Assembly: GCF_037042905.1 (NCBI RefSeq)
Contig: NC_087251.1
Location: forward strand, 22,136,001-22,200,000
Source of the DNA: Lytechinus pictus
Lineage: Eukaryota
Length of the DNA stretch: 64,000 nt
Direction of reading: 5' to 3'
Shown here: in pieces, positions 1 to 13,335 of the stretch
Layout of the letters: each line of letters starts with the position of its first letter
How positions within the stretch are numbered: position 1 is the first letter of the stretch
The notes under the pieces: generated by a model
What the model was told of the DNA's origin: nothing
Seen by the model: only the letters and a program-made list of their open reading frames with translations
Database searches by the model: none
Made by a program: the position numbers and the translations under genes

Positions 1-749
1 TGTACTTTGTATGACCAAATAAAAATATGTGTGCTTTTTTCTGATGATTTTGATTGTTTCACCAATTCCTTATGTATTCTATTGTTTCAACAATTTGTTA
101 TACATGTATAATATGTAGCTTTTGATTTGAGAGACAATGGACATGTGATTACATTTTTTTAGAAGGAATGAGCAGCTGAGTGTAAAATATGTATGTAGAA
201 TTGTATGCAATTTATTTCAAGTATCAAGAAGGACGAAAATTAAGTTTTAATATATTCTATCAGTTGTCAATGTCTTATATTTGTATACATACATTGTATT
301 ACTAAGGCCCTGTTTGAGCTCTCTTTTTAAAGAAAAATAAATAAATTCAAATTATTAGTCGAAGCCAAAAGAAAAGGAAAAGAGTGGTCTATTTCTTTCA
401 AAACAAAACAAAAAACAACCAGGAAAAATATATAACAAAGCTCTAAACAACAACAAAACAGACATCAAAGCTCCAAACAAGCACTAAAAAAAAACAAGAG
501 AAACAAAAGTGACACAAAAACTTGTACCAATCCCATCCCCATTTTCCAATTCAAAACACAACCCCCACCTGCGCCCCTAAAAAAAGAAAAGTGAATAAAA
601 AAATAAATAGTAAAATTAATAATGAAGAAAACATAAATACATGACTTAGACCCATCTGGAAATGAAATATTCTTTCCTCTGAGTTTTCATATATTTTCTT
701 ACAAGAGTGAAAAAAATTACAACAAAAAAATAAACAACATCTAGTTCGT

Positions 750-1140
750 GCATTTTAATAAAAAAAATCAACATTTAAGATATTCTCCTTTCAAAAGCAA
801 ATCCAGTCTCCAAATAATGAAATATGACCCCCAAAAAATGAAAAAAATAAACAATACAATAATTTAAAAAAGAAACTTTAAAAAATATATAAAAAAGAAA
901 CTGAAAAATTAACAATTTTTGCATTTTAATTAAAAAGTCAACATTTATGATATTCCCCTTTCAAAAGCAAATTCAGTCTCAAAATAATGAAACATGATTG
1001 AAAAGTTTCAAAATATATTTTTTTTCTACAAAAGAAAAAAAAAGAAACACTATAGATTTTGCATTTTAATTTAATAAGTCAACATTAATATTCCACTTCC
1101 AAAAGAATCCAGTTTCCAAATGATAAAACATGATTGAACA
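750..1140. repeat. Three degenerate tandem copies (gcattttaat..tcaacatt..ttcaaaagcaaatccagtctc..aataatgaaa)
   Basis: Copies begin near 750, 921 and 1061. Confidence 0.7.
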
Positions 1141-2744
1141 ATCAAAGTAAAACATGTTGACTCTATAACCTAAGGAGGAAAGAATGTTTTTGTGACAAAA
1201 TGTATATATTTAAATCAATATCAGAATAACAATCTACGGTATAATGACAGACATTTTCAGAAAAAGGCACAATATTATCAAGTAAACAATTTAGATCCAG
1301 TTCAATCCAGCATGAACGACTCACTATCGACCGCTCCCATCACCAAGCCCTCCGCATCGGGTACCGGTAGCTCGACTGCCGAAAGACGGACGGGAGCCCA
1401 CCGCATCGGGCAGCTCGACTGCCGAGAGACCGGCTGTGACAAGGGTAGCTCGCTTCTCTTATATCTGGACAGCTCAACGATAGAATCTTTTAATTTTAAT
1501 TTTTTTGTTGATTTGAATATATTCTATAACAATTCAGATACATAATTGAATCGTAGTTCTACTTACCATTAAAAATTTTTGATCATTTGCGCATCCAAAA
1601 ATTTGATGAACTTTCAAGCTCCGATATCCACACTTCACAGGCGAGTATCCACATTGAAACTTATATGTACAGAAAGAGCACATTTTCAACTGTCTGTATC
1701 AAGGCACGAGATTGCATCAACTATGTGCGCATGCGCATGAAACCCCATTTTCGATCACTCCTAGTACCAATGAGGTCCAACATTACATGTATGGACCTCA
1801 TAGGCGACATCAGTAGTATTTTGTGTCAGAAATCTTTGTGAAGATGATTATTTTTGTATTTTATCAAAACTACAAGCTATCGTACTGTCTAATCATTACA
1901 TTTCGATCTCACTAATTGAATACATTGTTAGCAATAAAAAAAATTGAAAGAAATGAAGGGGAACTTACATTTTCACGGCTTTTTCCTGATTTTCTGGGCA
2001 ACTGCTCCTCTCTTCTGACTTGCGATCGAAGCTGATATGAAGATCACGTGATTCGCGTTCTCGTCAGCTGATCGGTTGGTTATTCTTTTCGTCAGACGTT
2101 AATAATATATATTTTATAATGCTAGCATTCATCGCTAATTTAGGTGAAAGAGATTGAAGTTAAACAGCGCCAGGTCGGAATCATAATTATTTTGGAAGAG
2201 TGTATTTATACACTCGATCTCATACCTGACGTAGACGGCGCTATTCAACAAATGCACAATCTTCAATATAAAAATAAAACAGAAAGAACGCCTTGAACAC
2301 AGGCCAAAATGCCTAACGATTTCTCCGCGGCATTAACAACTATCGTAAAGGGCGCTCCATTTATCAATAAAGATGGACGCTAAGCTGTCTATGGCGACAA
2401 AATTTGCCGCAAATATTTACGAAGAATTGTGAGAAATGGTCTGAAAATGCAACAAAAGAACCGGTGAGTACCGATTAAACATTATTAAATTTATAAATAG
2501 ATTATACATACCTTGTAGATTTAGTTTTTAAGGTGATATTAGTGCTTAGTTCTAAGCTAGGGAGGCCCAAACGCGCGTGAGTGGAGTCCCAGTTTATTAG
2601 CACGGGTAAGTATTGGGGTGTCGCCTAGAGTGTTTTCGATGAGCCTCCCAGACAGAGGCGATGCCACTTGCAGCGAAACCCGCGCGAAAACCGTGCAGCC
2701 AAAACCAGCGCTCGCGATGCGCCCGTATTCGCACATACCTACTT

Positions 2745-3191
2745 CAGTAGAGGCGCACGGCCAATATTGGAGACTGTCTCCAATGTGGGAGATTATCTCC
2801 AATATCAGAGGCTTTTGTAAAGAATTTGGGTATCCAATTTCAGAGACAGTCTCCAGTTTTGGAGACCAATTTCCTTTGTTTACATTTGCTGCAAAAGGAT
2901 TACCTTGGCGGCAAATAAAAATGTGATAAGCAGATTCCTCATGAAAAATTACCCCTTTTCACCGTCTCCTTTAAAAATTCACCGTCTACTTTTGTTTTGA
3001 TAAGGATTTTTGTTGTCAATCACACACAAAACAAATGGGCTTCTGACCTCAGTGAGACAAAATTTTGGGTGGAAAAAATCATGCTTTTGTTGGTGTTGTT
3101 TCTTTTGTCCTTTTGCAAAGCAAGTCTCCAATGTGGGAGATTGTCTCCCCTATTGGAGAGAGTCTCCCATATTGGCCGTGCGCCTCTACTG
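2745..3191. mobile_element. Non-autonomous TIR element with CAG..CTG ends and 5-bp TSD
   Basis: ~30-bp TIR CAGTAGAGGCGCACGGCCAATAT(T/G)GGAGAC; TACTT flanks at 2740-2744 and 3192-3196. Confidence 0.85.
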
Positions 3192-3717
3192 TACTTACAG
3201 TACGGTAATCATCATGGGAATTGTGTCAAAATTTGGATTAAATTTTAATCCAAATTTTGACAAACTGCAATAAACAATAATAAATTCACTCAAAATCGTA
3301 CATAATTAAAAGAAAAAATAAATATAATCAGCAATCAGGTAAAATCACCACCATTCAATTCATCATTCCAATTCCATCAACAAAGAATTAAGAAAGGGAA
3401 GCTAAAAACTCCACGTGAGTTTAGGTGAATGGGACTGAGAGGAATTTTGTTTCATGTTTGAGGTCATTCTTGTATTCTTCATTCAATATAATGGAAAGTT
3501 GACACTGTTTAGAACATACAAAATCATCCACGACAAAATTTTAAAATAAGTGACAAATTTCATTAAGTCTGTAATGCTTACCATGATCTACGGCTACGCT
3601 ACAGTTTCGGTCGCATCAAAGTGTAGAAATGGTCCTTCTCGCGATGACTTTGCATTGCTGTATTGTTTTTGCAGGTACAATTGCGCATGCGCGAAATTCT
3701 CGAATGAAGAAGAGCTG

Positions 3718-3849
3718 GGGCCCGTTGAGAAAGAGTTGCGTCAAAAAATCAATCGTAAGTCAAAAATGCGCGCTGTTGATTGGTTGAAAATCAAGTTACG
3801 CATGATTTTAGGAGTTGCGATTGATTGCAACTCTTTCTGCAACGGGCCC
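3718..3849. mobile_element. Small PIF/Harbinger-like MITE
   Basis: TIR GGGCCCGTTG(C)AGAAAGAGTTGC; CTG 3-bp flanks on both sides. Confidence 0.8.
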
Positions 3850-3869
3850 CTGGAGAATTAAGAGCTCGG

Positions 3870-3919
3870 GAAGAAGAAGAAGAAGAAGAAAGAAGAAGAA
3901 GAAGGAGAAGGAGAAGAAG
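3870..3919. repeat. (GAA)n/(GGA) microsatellite
   Basis: Directly visible. Confidence 0.9.
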
Positions 3920-3985
3920 TGTATATTGGTTTGAAAAGGCCAAAATTAAAAAAGCTCCATGTAATTCTGTAGAGCACGATATTAA

Positions 3986-4588
3986 AGGACAAGTCCACCC
4001 CAACAAAAAGCTGCTTTGAATAGAAAGAGAAAAATCAAACATGAATAACGCTGAAAACTTCATCAAAATCGGATGTAAAATAATAAAGTTCTGACATTTT
4101 AAAGTTTCGCTTATTTTTAACAAAATAGTTATATGAACGAGCCAGTTACATCCAAATGAGAGAGTCGATGATGTCACTCACTCACTATTTCTTTTGTTTT
4201 TTATTGTTTGAATTATACAATATTTCAATTTTTATGAATTTGACCATTAGGACCCCCTTGCTTGAACCACAAAATGTTAAAATAATGGAATTCCATGTGT
4301 TCAGGGAGGAATTAAACTTTGTTTCATATGACAGTGACGAGAAAATCAAAATATTTCATATTTCATATAATAAAATACAAAAGAAATCGTGAGTGGGTGA
4401 TGTCATCGGTTCCCTCATTTGCATACCGAACAGGGTGTGCATATAACTGTTTTGTGAAATTAAGCGAAACTTTAAAATGTCATAACTTTCTTATTTTACA
4501 TCCGATTTTGATAAATTTTTCAGTGTTATGCTTGTTTGATTTTTCTCTTTCTATTCAAATCAGCTTTTTGTTGGGGTGGACTTGTCCT
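3986..4588. mobile_element. TTAA-flanked MITE, Kolobok-like, with ~135-bp TIRs
   Basis: TTAA|AGGACAAGTCCACCCCAACAAAAAGCTG ... CAGCTTTTTGTTGGGGTGGACTTGTCCT|TTAA. Confidence 0.88.
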
Positions 4589-6723
4589 TTAAATATGTTG
4601 AGCGGAAATTTTATTTCGTCTAGTGACCTGAAAGTTTTTTCTCGATTTTTTTTAATCCTCCCCTTCCCCTCCTCCTTCCTCTTATATTTTTTATCTTCTC
4701 CTTCAACCTTTTTTTTGTGTGCCACCAATGTGTATGTGTTGGGGGGGGGGGGGGCGGCGTTGGCCCCCTGCATGGAACCACCTATGTATGGAATATTTAT
4801 TTTGGGAAGACATGAAAGGTGGTCAATAAAAAATGAGCCCATATAGGGCCCTATCTAGGCTTATTATGCTAGCGCAAAACGCGAGCTGAAATATTCTGAT
4901 AAATATAGGCCTTCATCTGGAAAATTGACATTACAATTTATTCTGAAATTACAAACAATATATATATATATATCTCCAATTAAGCAGATGGTGAATGTTG
5001 TAATTTACTCACATTTAACAATGTTTAATCAGAATTCATGTAGACTCATTTTCTCACTCGGTTCAAGTAACGATTCCGTTTTCAGGATTATAATATTTTG
5101 GATAGCGACATCTTGCGGTCGTTAACACTAAAGTGTGTATAATTCACTGATGTACACTATAATACTAGTATTTAGATCAGTGGTATCATGTATAAGTCCA
5201 TGGTCTATTACATGATTGTAAAATGTAAGGGAAATTCTATTCTAATCTATACATAATCATTCATTTTTTTCAAGTTGAATTTAAAATTCAAATAAGTAAA
5301 ATAAAGTGACAAATCAAACCATTTTAATCACATACATATCTCCAGAATGGTATAAGAGTCATTCTTTAATTATTCGTCACTTCTGGTGCCTTTTATGCTA
5401 AATGCAGAGGAAAATAAATCAAACAAACATAACAAAGCATTAATTTTCACTGTTTTTAAAATGGCATGCAGTCCCAACAGGCTAACCAGGGAAGTGGGAG
5501 GTTATAGGCAACGTATGCTATTTTTGTTTTACTGCATGCTACTACATATAATGTACCCTATATGGATTGGCAGTGCAGGAGCTTTTAAAAGCCAATTAAA
5601 TTTCCCCAGTCGCGAAGAGTGAAAGCTTTGAAGATTTTGAGTTCATGATAAAGAACCAGTAAATATTATCTTGACATTGCAATGGCCGCATGAAGTTATA
5701 AGAAATTCAAAGTTTCTTTGAGATGTCAGGGAAAAGATAAAGGCTTATATTTTCTTCAAAATTAGCTCACATGTATACCGACCTCCTCCTCCAACTCGTA
5801 CTGGGTCTGATAAGGGAATATGTCATGTCATGCACGGCCCGTATAGGCTCTGGCTATTAATCTAAATGGATTATTCTAATGGTTGACGACAATTATGAAT
5901 CACTAAGAAATAACATTTAGACATAATTAATAGAACGATTCTCATTTACAAAGACAAATATTCCAACTTGAAATAAAACTTTAAAAGTCAACTGTTTTAA
6001 TGAATACGTAATAATATAAAGAGAAAAATAAGAAAGCAACATCATTAATTACTATAGTATACGATGACAAAATAAATAAATAAGTTTATGTTTACTTAGT
6101 TCCACAAAACAGTTTGAATTGAGTTTGTGGCTATTCGCGTACACCGTATATAGGCATCTATGAAATATTTTTTTAAAATATAAAAATGCGATTTTTTTTT
6201 TCCTGAGACTCAACTCAAATCATTATTTTGAATGAAATTATAAGTTTAATCATGAAAGTATGAAATACAGATATGTCCACTTCCATGATATATAACTATC
6301 ACTGTCACTTGTTCTGCACGCTGGGTTTTGAAAAGAATGGAGGCAAAATAACGTTTTCTTGTGGGGGGACTTTTACGCCTACCACAAATTAGTCCCAGAG
6401 AAAAAGAAGAAGAAAAACGACGTGGTCCCAATTATGTTCGCCGCGAAGCTCTTTCCGAAAGTTATATAATAGTAATGAAACCTATATGGGATGAAGCAAA
6501 TGCCATATAGCTAATTAGGTCCACAGGTAAATTGGGATGGGCAAGCACTTGTCTTCCCACCCTACCCCGATCCAAAAACTTTGATAAAATTCATCAATTA
6601 TTGTGTACCAAAAGAGGTCATGTTATAAACTCGGGCCCCGTAATAAATTGCTCCCGCCCATTAATTACGAATACGTTTTTTTTGTCACACAGCATTAGCA
6701 CATCTAACCCCTGATCAGTCCCC

Positions 6724-7328
6724 ATACTCCGGGCTGAAGTATATCTAAATAAATAGAGTAAAATTCATAGAGCAAAATGCTGAAAATTTCATCAAAATCA
6801 GAAAACGAAGTTATTGAATTTTAAAGATTTGCATTATTCCGGTGAAACAGTTCTTGGCATGCCTTCATGAATATTCATTAGGCATGTTAGGTGGTCTGAT
6901 GATGTCACATCCCCACTTTCATTTTTCTTATGTTTTCACATGAAATCATAATCGCTTCATTTTTTAAATTAGTAAATGATGTGTCTCCATAATGATGAAA
7001 TAAGTTGCAGTTATAAATAACTAATGCACTTAATCAGTTGTCACTCCAATTGTTATAGTTCTTGGTAGAAATTTCTTTAATAAACCTAATTTCATATTCA
7101 TATAATAGAATACAAAAGAACAAGTGGTGATATGACATCATCAGCCCACCTAATGAATATTCATAAATGCCTACAACTGTTTCACCGGAATAAAGCTAAT
7201 CTCTAAAAATCAATAACTTCCCTGTTATTCATGTTGTTAGTTTTCCGATTTTGATCAAATTTTCAGCATTTTGCTCTGTGAATTTTACTCTGTTTATTGA
7301 GATATAAAGATATCTGCAGCCTGCATAT
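6724..7328. mobile_element. Foldback MITE with ~200-bp inverted arms and eroded termini
   Basis: gagtaaaattcatagagcaaaatgctgaaaattt pairs with aaattttcagcattttgctctgtgaattttactc; internal gatgatgtca/tgacatcatc. Confidence 0.8.
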
Positions 7329-7779
7329 ATTTGCCCCCCATCCAGAATTGAATCGCAATCCATGTGAGATACGGATATTTTTTTTCGGGGGGGGGGGGGG
7401 GGGGGGTCTAGCCTATATAGGCATAGATCCAATGTCCATTTAAAAAATCACAAAATTTAAGTCATTGTGTATAATTTCCCGGAATAATTTCATTTTATTC
7501 TTTTTATGCGACCGGGAATTACAGGCTCGCGCCTTCATCCCGTATGATGATGTGATGATGACAGGGGATTACATGATCCGGGATGATGATGATGATGATG
7601 ATGAGAAGTCTTTATTTTTTTCCTATTTGAAACCCTCATGAGGTGACGTCCCGGGTGACATTTGATCCCAGTGTTTTCCGTTTTGTTTGTTCTTCGACTG
7701 AAAACACACATGACAGCATCACACTTCCAAATATAGCCGATGATAAGAAATTCCATTTTTTTCAAGGCGATCCCAAAGC

Positions 7780-8021
7780 ATGACTCAAGAACGATTCAGC
7801 TCACGCAGCGCATACCGTAACACTGCCGGATTCGAGTTTTTTTAGAGTAGCTAGAAATCGGTACCGGTGCCGGGTTGTGGAAACGGGTGGTGTTGGTAGG
7901 TAGGCGCAGGCGCATTGTTGGCAAACTGAACTGAATTCATGAAGAAAATTTGCTTGATTGCAAGATAATCAAAGAGGTTGACAACATAACAGGATATCAT
8001 ATCATTCCTGAAAGGCTAAAG
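7780..8021 (+). promoter_or_regulatory. Putative promoter / non-coding first exon of the PTP gene
   Basis: Locally CpG-rich stretch ending in a donor-like AAG|gtaact at 8021/8022. The first strong downstream acceptor before the ATG is at 15385. Boundaries are inferred only. Confidence 0.4.
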
Positions 8022-8274
8022 GTAACTATAACTGATAACTTTCTTTTGTCTGTGACGGTATAACGTTAAACGCACTTAGATCTACTTGTCGCGTCACTCG
8101 TATCGTATAAACAAGTTGTCGATTGTCTCGAGCAGCTAGCTAGCGGGCCGTTCAACATGGGTCTTGCTCGCCTACCACTCCGAGCTCTCCGGTACAAAGT
8201 GAGCACGGTACGTACTGTACATGTATACATGTACGGTGTCCTGCTAGTGCTACTGCCAGTGGTCGTTAAACTAA

Positions 8275-8675
8275 AGGTAAATGCTAGTTTTGGTAACGAT
8301 AGCAAAATGAGTTCGTACAGAATCCAATGAAATGACCACCAAAGTGTCTGTTTGTATAAATAAAACGCATGTGCCAAAGGATTCTGGAAGAAATTGTGTA
8401 ATTGCTGAGAAATCCGCAAATAAGCACAGGATTCGGGTAGAGCGTCAGGCCCGACGCTCTAAGCAATAATTATACACTGTCCCACGTGTGCTTATCTGTG
8501 TTGGGGAAGTTCAGTCTGAACATTTTTCAGCGTAGATTTCAAGATTTCACAAAGTTCAGTTTATGTAACTGTACCAGATCTAGATCCTCGATGATATACT
8601 GACAATTAAGCCTGGTTTTACAGACTTTCTCATGAAATCAGTGTTTACTGCAACTACCGGTACTGGAATTTCTCT
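8275..8675. mobile_element. Degenerate Kolobok-like MITE
   Basis: Starts (c)TAA|AGGTAAATGCTAG and ends CTGGAATTTCTCT|TTAA. A related degenerate fragment lies at ~54230-54470 (cagaatcca..aaat.ac.acc, gctgagaaat). Confidence 0.55.
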
Positions 8676-10195
8676 TTAATCAGCGAGAAGGTGGAAGTGT
8701 TATAAAGCTATCTTTTTGACCGGGATTGGGGATGGGAGTCATATTTTGATGGGAGAGTCTTACTCTATCTTACAGATTATGACATAGGTGATAGAGGTAC
8801 CCGGTACTCACACGTATTGCAAGGCTATACTACATTATAAGTACCGTGTAGATCTATTCATTTTGATTAGAAAATAATAAAAAAATAATATAGACCCTCT
8901 AGGCTCTACTAATCTTTTCTAGATCTAAATCTTCTATACTCGTCTCAAGTCAATCTTGACGTTCATAATTAATATGCCATAATAATGATTGTGGGCATTA
9001 ATGGAGAGACAAGACTTTAGAGTCTAGACTTTATGCATCATCATTATTTTTTATATGATCTGAAACTATACTATACTAGTGAGACTGGTGATGATAAATG
9101 GCAGGATAACTTTAAGTTAGCAGTGCACAATTAATTTATGGAACTTAATTTTAGTTATAATTATTTACAATGGGAGATCACATCACCTTGAGGAAAAAGT
9201 TGTTTTTTAAGAAATTATGAAGTAAATATTGAAGGTTTTTCAAAAATCTGTCAACTCAAAGAATAACCAGAGAACTTTGTGAATATTTAAACTTTTGATT
9301 TGGTTACCTTGGTTACATCAGAGACGAACAGCTCCTCCATGAATAATATGTTGTGACTTGTGTAAAGTGTAAACTGGTAAAGATATATGCAGTTTTCTTT
9401 AAAAAAATTAAAGTTGCTTTTATTTGTGTTGACTTGTGTGGTTGATAAATCATCAGAAATTCAGACACATCATTTTATAGATATACCCCTTTCTATAAAA
9501 AATGTTTTTAGTCATGTTCCATTATTTTAGGCTACATTTATGGCTATTCGCATACATGTATCATGTCACAAAAATAAATTATAGGCCTAGACCAAACTTC
9601 CCATATCTATTCTTTGGCTGAGAGTGAGACTACATTACGCTTTATGGCGCAAATATTCACTACTGAATGATACGCGCCGTATAAGCTAAAACAACAACAA
9701 CAACAACGGCATTTGCATTGTGGCATGTGTCTGTAATCCAAGTTAATTCGGGTAAGTTACACATTGGTGCAGAGGTTCAAGCTCTGGTCATAAACCAGGT
9801 CGATGAAAGATAAATATAGTATCTGAGTGATGCATATCTGAAAAGAAAAGTTACCCTGTAATACCCCCACACATTAATCACCTCTATCAATAAAAAGGTT
9901 AAAAAAAATTAAAAACTCTTTAAACTTTAAACCTTAGGATCTAGACCTAATTTAACATTGGATTGTAACTATATCATTTCTTTAGTTTAGTGCAAAATAA
10001 TAAGAGTAATTCATCCATTTCTAGAAACAGGATATGATATTATACACTGAAATACAGTATGTTGAAAGTAAAATACACCCTTTATTGTAGGGGTTTTAAG
10101 GTAAATCAAGGAAAAGGAAGATGTATATTAAAAAAATAATAGACCTATATGGAACAAATTGTTAAAAATGAATTATACATGAAGATGAAATAGAT

Positions 10196-10568
10196 GGTTT
10201 ATTCCAATTCGTCTACTATCATTTGGTCTACCATCAGTTCGTCCACTCACCGCATGGTCTACTTTCATTTAGTCTAATGCCATTCCGTCTAATATAACCA
10301 GTTGGTCCAATAGCCATTTAGTCCATATACCATTTGGTCTAATTGGAGTTAGTGTTGAATTGTGCAAAGTGAATGAAAATGAAATGGATATTAGACCAAC
10401 TGATTATGAGATGAAATGGTGATTAGACAAAGTGATGATTGGACCAAATGGTTAATGGACCAAATGGTTATTAGACGACATGTTGATGGGCGGAATGGCA
10501 TTAGACTAAATGAAAGTAAACCATGTGGTGAGTGGATGAGTTGGCAGTAGACGAATTGGCAATTTACC
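10196..10568. mobile_element. GG..CC TIR element built of short catttggtcta-type subrepeats
   Basis: TIR GGTWWWTT(G)CCAATTCGTCTACT; near-TSD aaatagat/aaatagaa. Confidence 0.75.
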
Positions 10569-10791
10569 AAATAGAATAGGCCTAATTGGCCTAGGAATGG
10601 CAGTAAAGTAAATTTATCTAATAAAACACATTCTGCCATATATCCTTCACATCATACTCATTAAGGCTGACACAAATATAAAATTAATATGTGTTTAATG
10701 AATTTGAATATGCTTTGGGGGATTAACCAAAACAATAGGATTTAAAGTTTAAACATACATGTAACCTACATGTACAGTAGTTTAGCCTACA

Positions 10792-11304
10792 CCAGGGGGG
10801 GGGGGGCACTCGACCAAAAAAGTGGTAGGGGTGTGCCGCGGGCGAGACAAAAAACGGGGGCCTTGGAGCGGGCTCATTGTAAAAAGGAGGGTCCTCGGAA
10901 CGGGCTTCGGAACTACAAATGTTTGTGAAAACGGGGGTCCTTGGAACGGGTCGCCTGCGTGCGAGTGCGTATGCATCCCTATGGAACGTGCATGCAGCTA
11001 GCCCGGCGGCACGACTGACGGGCGCGCTAGCGCAGAGGCGATGGTCGGAGAGCGAGCTGCGGCCGCTTTTCACCAAAATTGCGACCGGAACGGCGTAACG
11101 GAAAATATGCGAAGCCCTGGAGCGGATTTTTTTTTTTTTTTTTTCTCGAGAAGAAGAAAATGCTATGCTTTGGAGCAGCTTTCTTTGTTCTTTTTCTCAA
11201 TAAGACAAAAATGCTATGCCTCGGAACGGAAATTTGAGTGTAAAAATGGGGGTCCCCTCCGCGGCACATACCCACTATGCATTATATACTGAGTGCCCCC
11301 CCGG
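10792..11304. mobile_element. GC-rich non-autonomous TIR element (CC.G(n)CACTC ... GAGTGC(n)GG)
   Basis: Inverted termini, subterminal gtgtgccgcgg/ccgcggcacat, internal tcggaacgg repeats; flanks agcctaca/tgcctaca. Confidence 0.8.
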
Positions 11305-11450
11305 TGCCTACACATACAACATCCATGAGAAAAATACAAAGACAGTTTCATCAAGAAAATGAGATATGGACATGGTATCTTTATAATCCTTTTCTTGTAG
11401 TGTTTTGAGAGTTTACATTTCTGGATGACTTTGACATGTTTAACTCTTTT

Positions 11451-12547
11451 TAAATATCAGTCAGTCCGCAAGACCTGAAAAAGTAGCTCCTTTTATCCAA
11501 GTGATATTCATGACAAGAGGTTTTTTGCATAGTTAATGAGCTTGGTGCGAACCAAAACACCTCTTTTTATTCGGCCATTGCTGCTCTAAATATTGACCAA
11601 ATTTCATGTTTTTGGTATCTTTGTAAAGAAGAAGAATCATTCTTTTAGGTCATGTGTTTGGATTTTTAAAAGAATGTTGTAATATAGGAAAAACCTTTTA
11701 TCTAAAACATGAAACAAAATATTTTTTTTATGCAACAAAAGTTGTTGTTTTCACACTTAATTTCTGTTTGGGCACAAATGATTTTTAAATCATGATAAAG
11801 CTGAAGATCTAAGCTTTAATATGATATAATTTTTATAAGAAGATGTATTTTAGATGGGTCAGCAGCCAGCTTTTCATAGGCCAAGTACATTTTGCAGCTC
11901 AAAAACAAGAATACTGCGCTCTGATTGGTCATAGAGACCACACGCCCACGCAAATTCCAATGTTCCCCACACTGGGCCTCTGCAAGGTCACACTCACCAC
12001 GTGGTAATCTCTTCAAATTACCCGCGCCTGATTGTTTTGAAAACAGTATTCAGCCAATCAGAACTCTTGATTTTATGTTACTCAGAAATTTCAGAAATCT
12101 CGTCTTGCATCTTGATGGAAATAACTGGCTGCTGACCCATCTAAAAGATGCCACATATCAAGAGTGACATTGTAAGAAAGTATAGAGTTTGAGCTTTCTG
12201 ATGATATAAATAATGTTGGTGCCTAAAACACAAAATGTTGCACAATTTGCAAGTGAAAACAGAGGAAGAAAATTCTGTTTGATGCATCTTTTCAGGTAAA
12301 AAATTCACTTATTTATCAAAATATTTCATTCAAAACAAATGACCAATATAAAAGGGTAACATTTACTCTTGCCCATGGTACAAAAATAATCAATATTACT
12401 CAAGGAGAAAGTGGTTAAATTCTTTGAGAAAGAAAGTCTCACAATTCACGAGATTTTGTAGGGACGTGAATTCAGCCACGAGAGGACTTGGATAAATCTT
12501 GCTCATTTGCTCATTAACACAGGGGCTTGCGGACTGACTGATATTTA
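11451..12547. mobile_element. 1.1-kb symmetric TIR element
   Basis: Perfect 22-bp outer IR taaatatcagtcagtccgcaag; perfect 22-bp internal IR at 11848-11869 and 12125-12146. Confidence 0.8.
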
Positions 12548-12566
12548 TGTACCGGTACATGTATTT

Positions 12567-13335
12567 GGGCAATTCCAAGCAAAAGTGGACATTTTCCCAA
12601 AAATTATATTGGCTCTATTTCAAATCTGGATCATTTTTTTAAATCAAAACTCATATGGAATTTCATAAATACAAAAGGGGAACATAATTAGCCAATTTTT
12701 TTTTCTTATGCCTCTCCTTATAGGAGAATCCAAACCATACAAGAAATTCTATACATGGGACTACATATATTTAAAAAAAACTTAATTTCAATTTAGCAGA
12801 AAACTATTGCTCGTCTTGTAAAATTTTCTTTTGGATTAACTGAAGGTCATTATTTTACATCATATCAATCGAAAATGTTAAAATATAAGTTCATTTTACG
12901 TTGCCTGTGTGTGGATATTTCTCATGTCACTCTGTAGCCGTCACTCCGTATTTGGGTATGGGTTTACGTTTTAAGTCGTAATTAATGAAATAATACACCA
13001 ATTTTTTAATGTAATGCAGCATATTAAAGCTAGAACAACATAGAATCCAATTAATTAATCAAAATTGTGATAGCAATTTAAAGAACTTTCACAGAGTTTA
13101 AGCAATATGTTTTCTCTTCAAATATGCATGTCACTCCGTAACCATGTTTATGAATATTCATATCTTATTAATTCAGTGTAACAAATTATAACAAATGTTG
13201 TTATTTTGACAAGTGGGTTTCAGCAACTACCGTCAGGTACCATTTCTTTGCAAATAACTTTCAAATATGGGTGATATCTTTGTTTGAATGCAAAAATTTG
13301 TTTCTGTATATCACTCCGTTACCTTGGAACTGCCC
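12567..13335. mobile_element. GGG..CCC TIR element (Harbinger/ISL2EU-like)
   Basis: GGGCAATTCCAAG ... CTTGGAACTGCCC; internal tcactccgta repeats. Confidence 0.65.

Noticed and set aside
3791..4846. Several ORFs of 64-175 aa on both strands
   Set aside because: They arise from the (GAA)n microsatellite and the inverted arms of a MITE; no transposase motifs.
10723..11292. Overlapping ORFs in a GC-rich patch
   Set aside because: They lie inside a non-autonomous TIR element; GC content explains the open frames.
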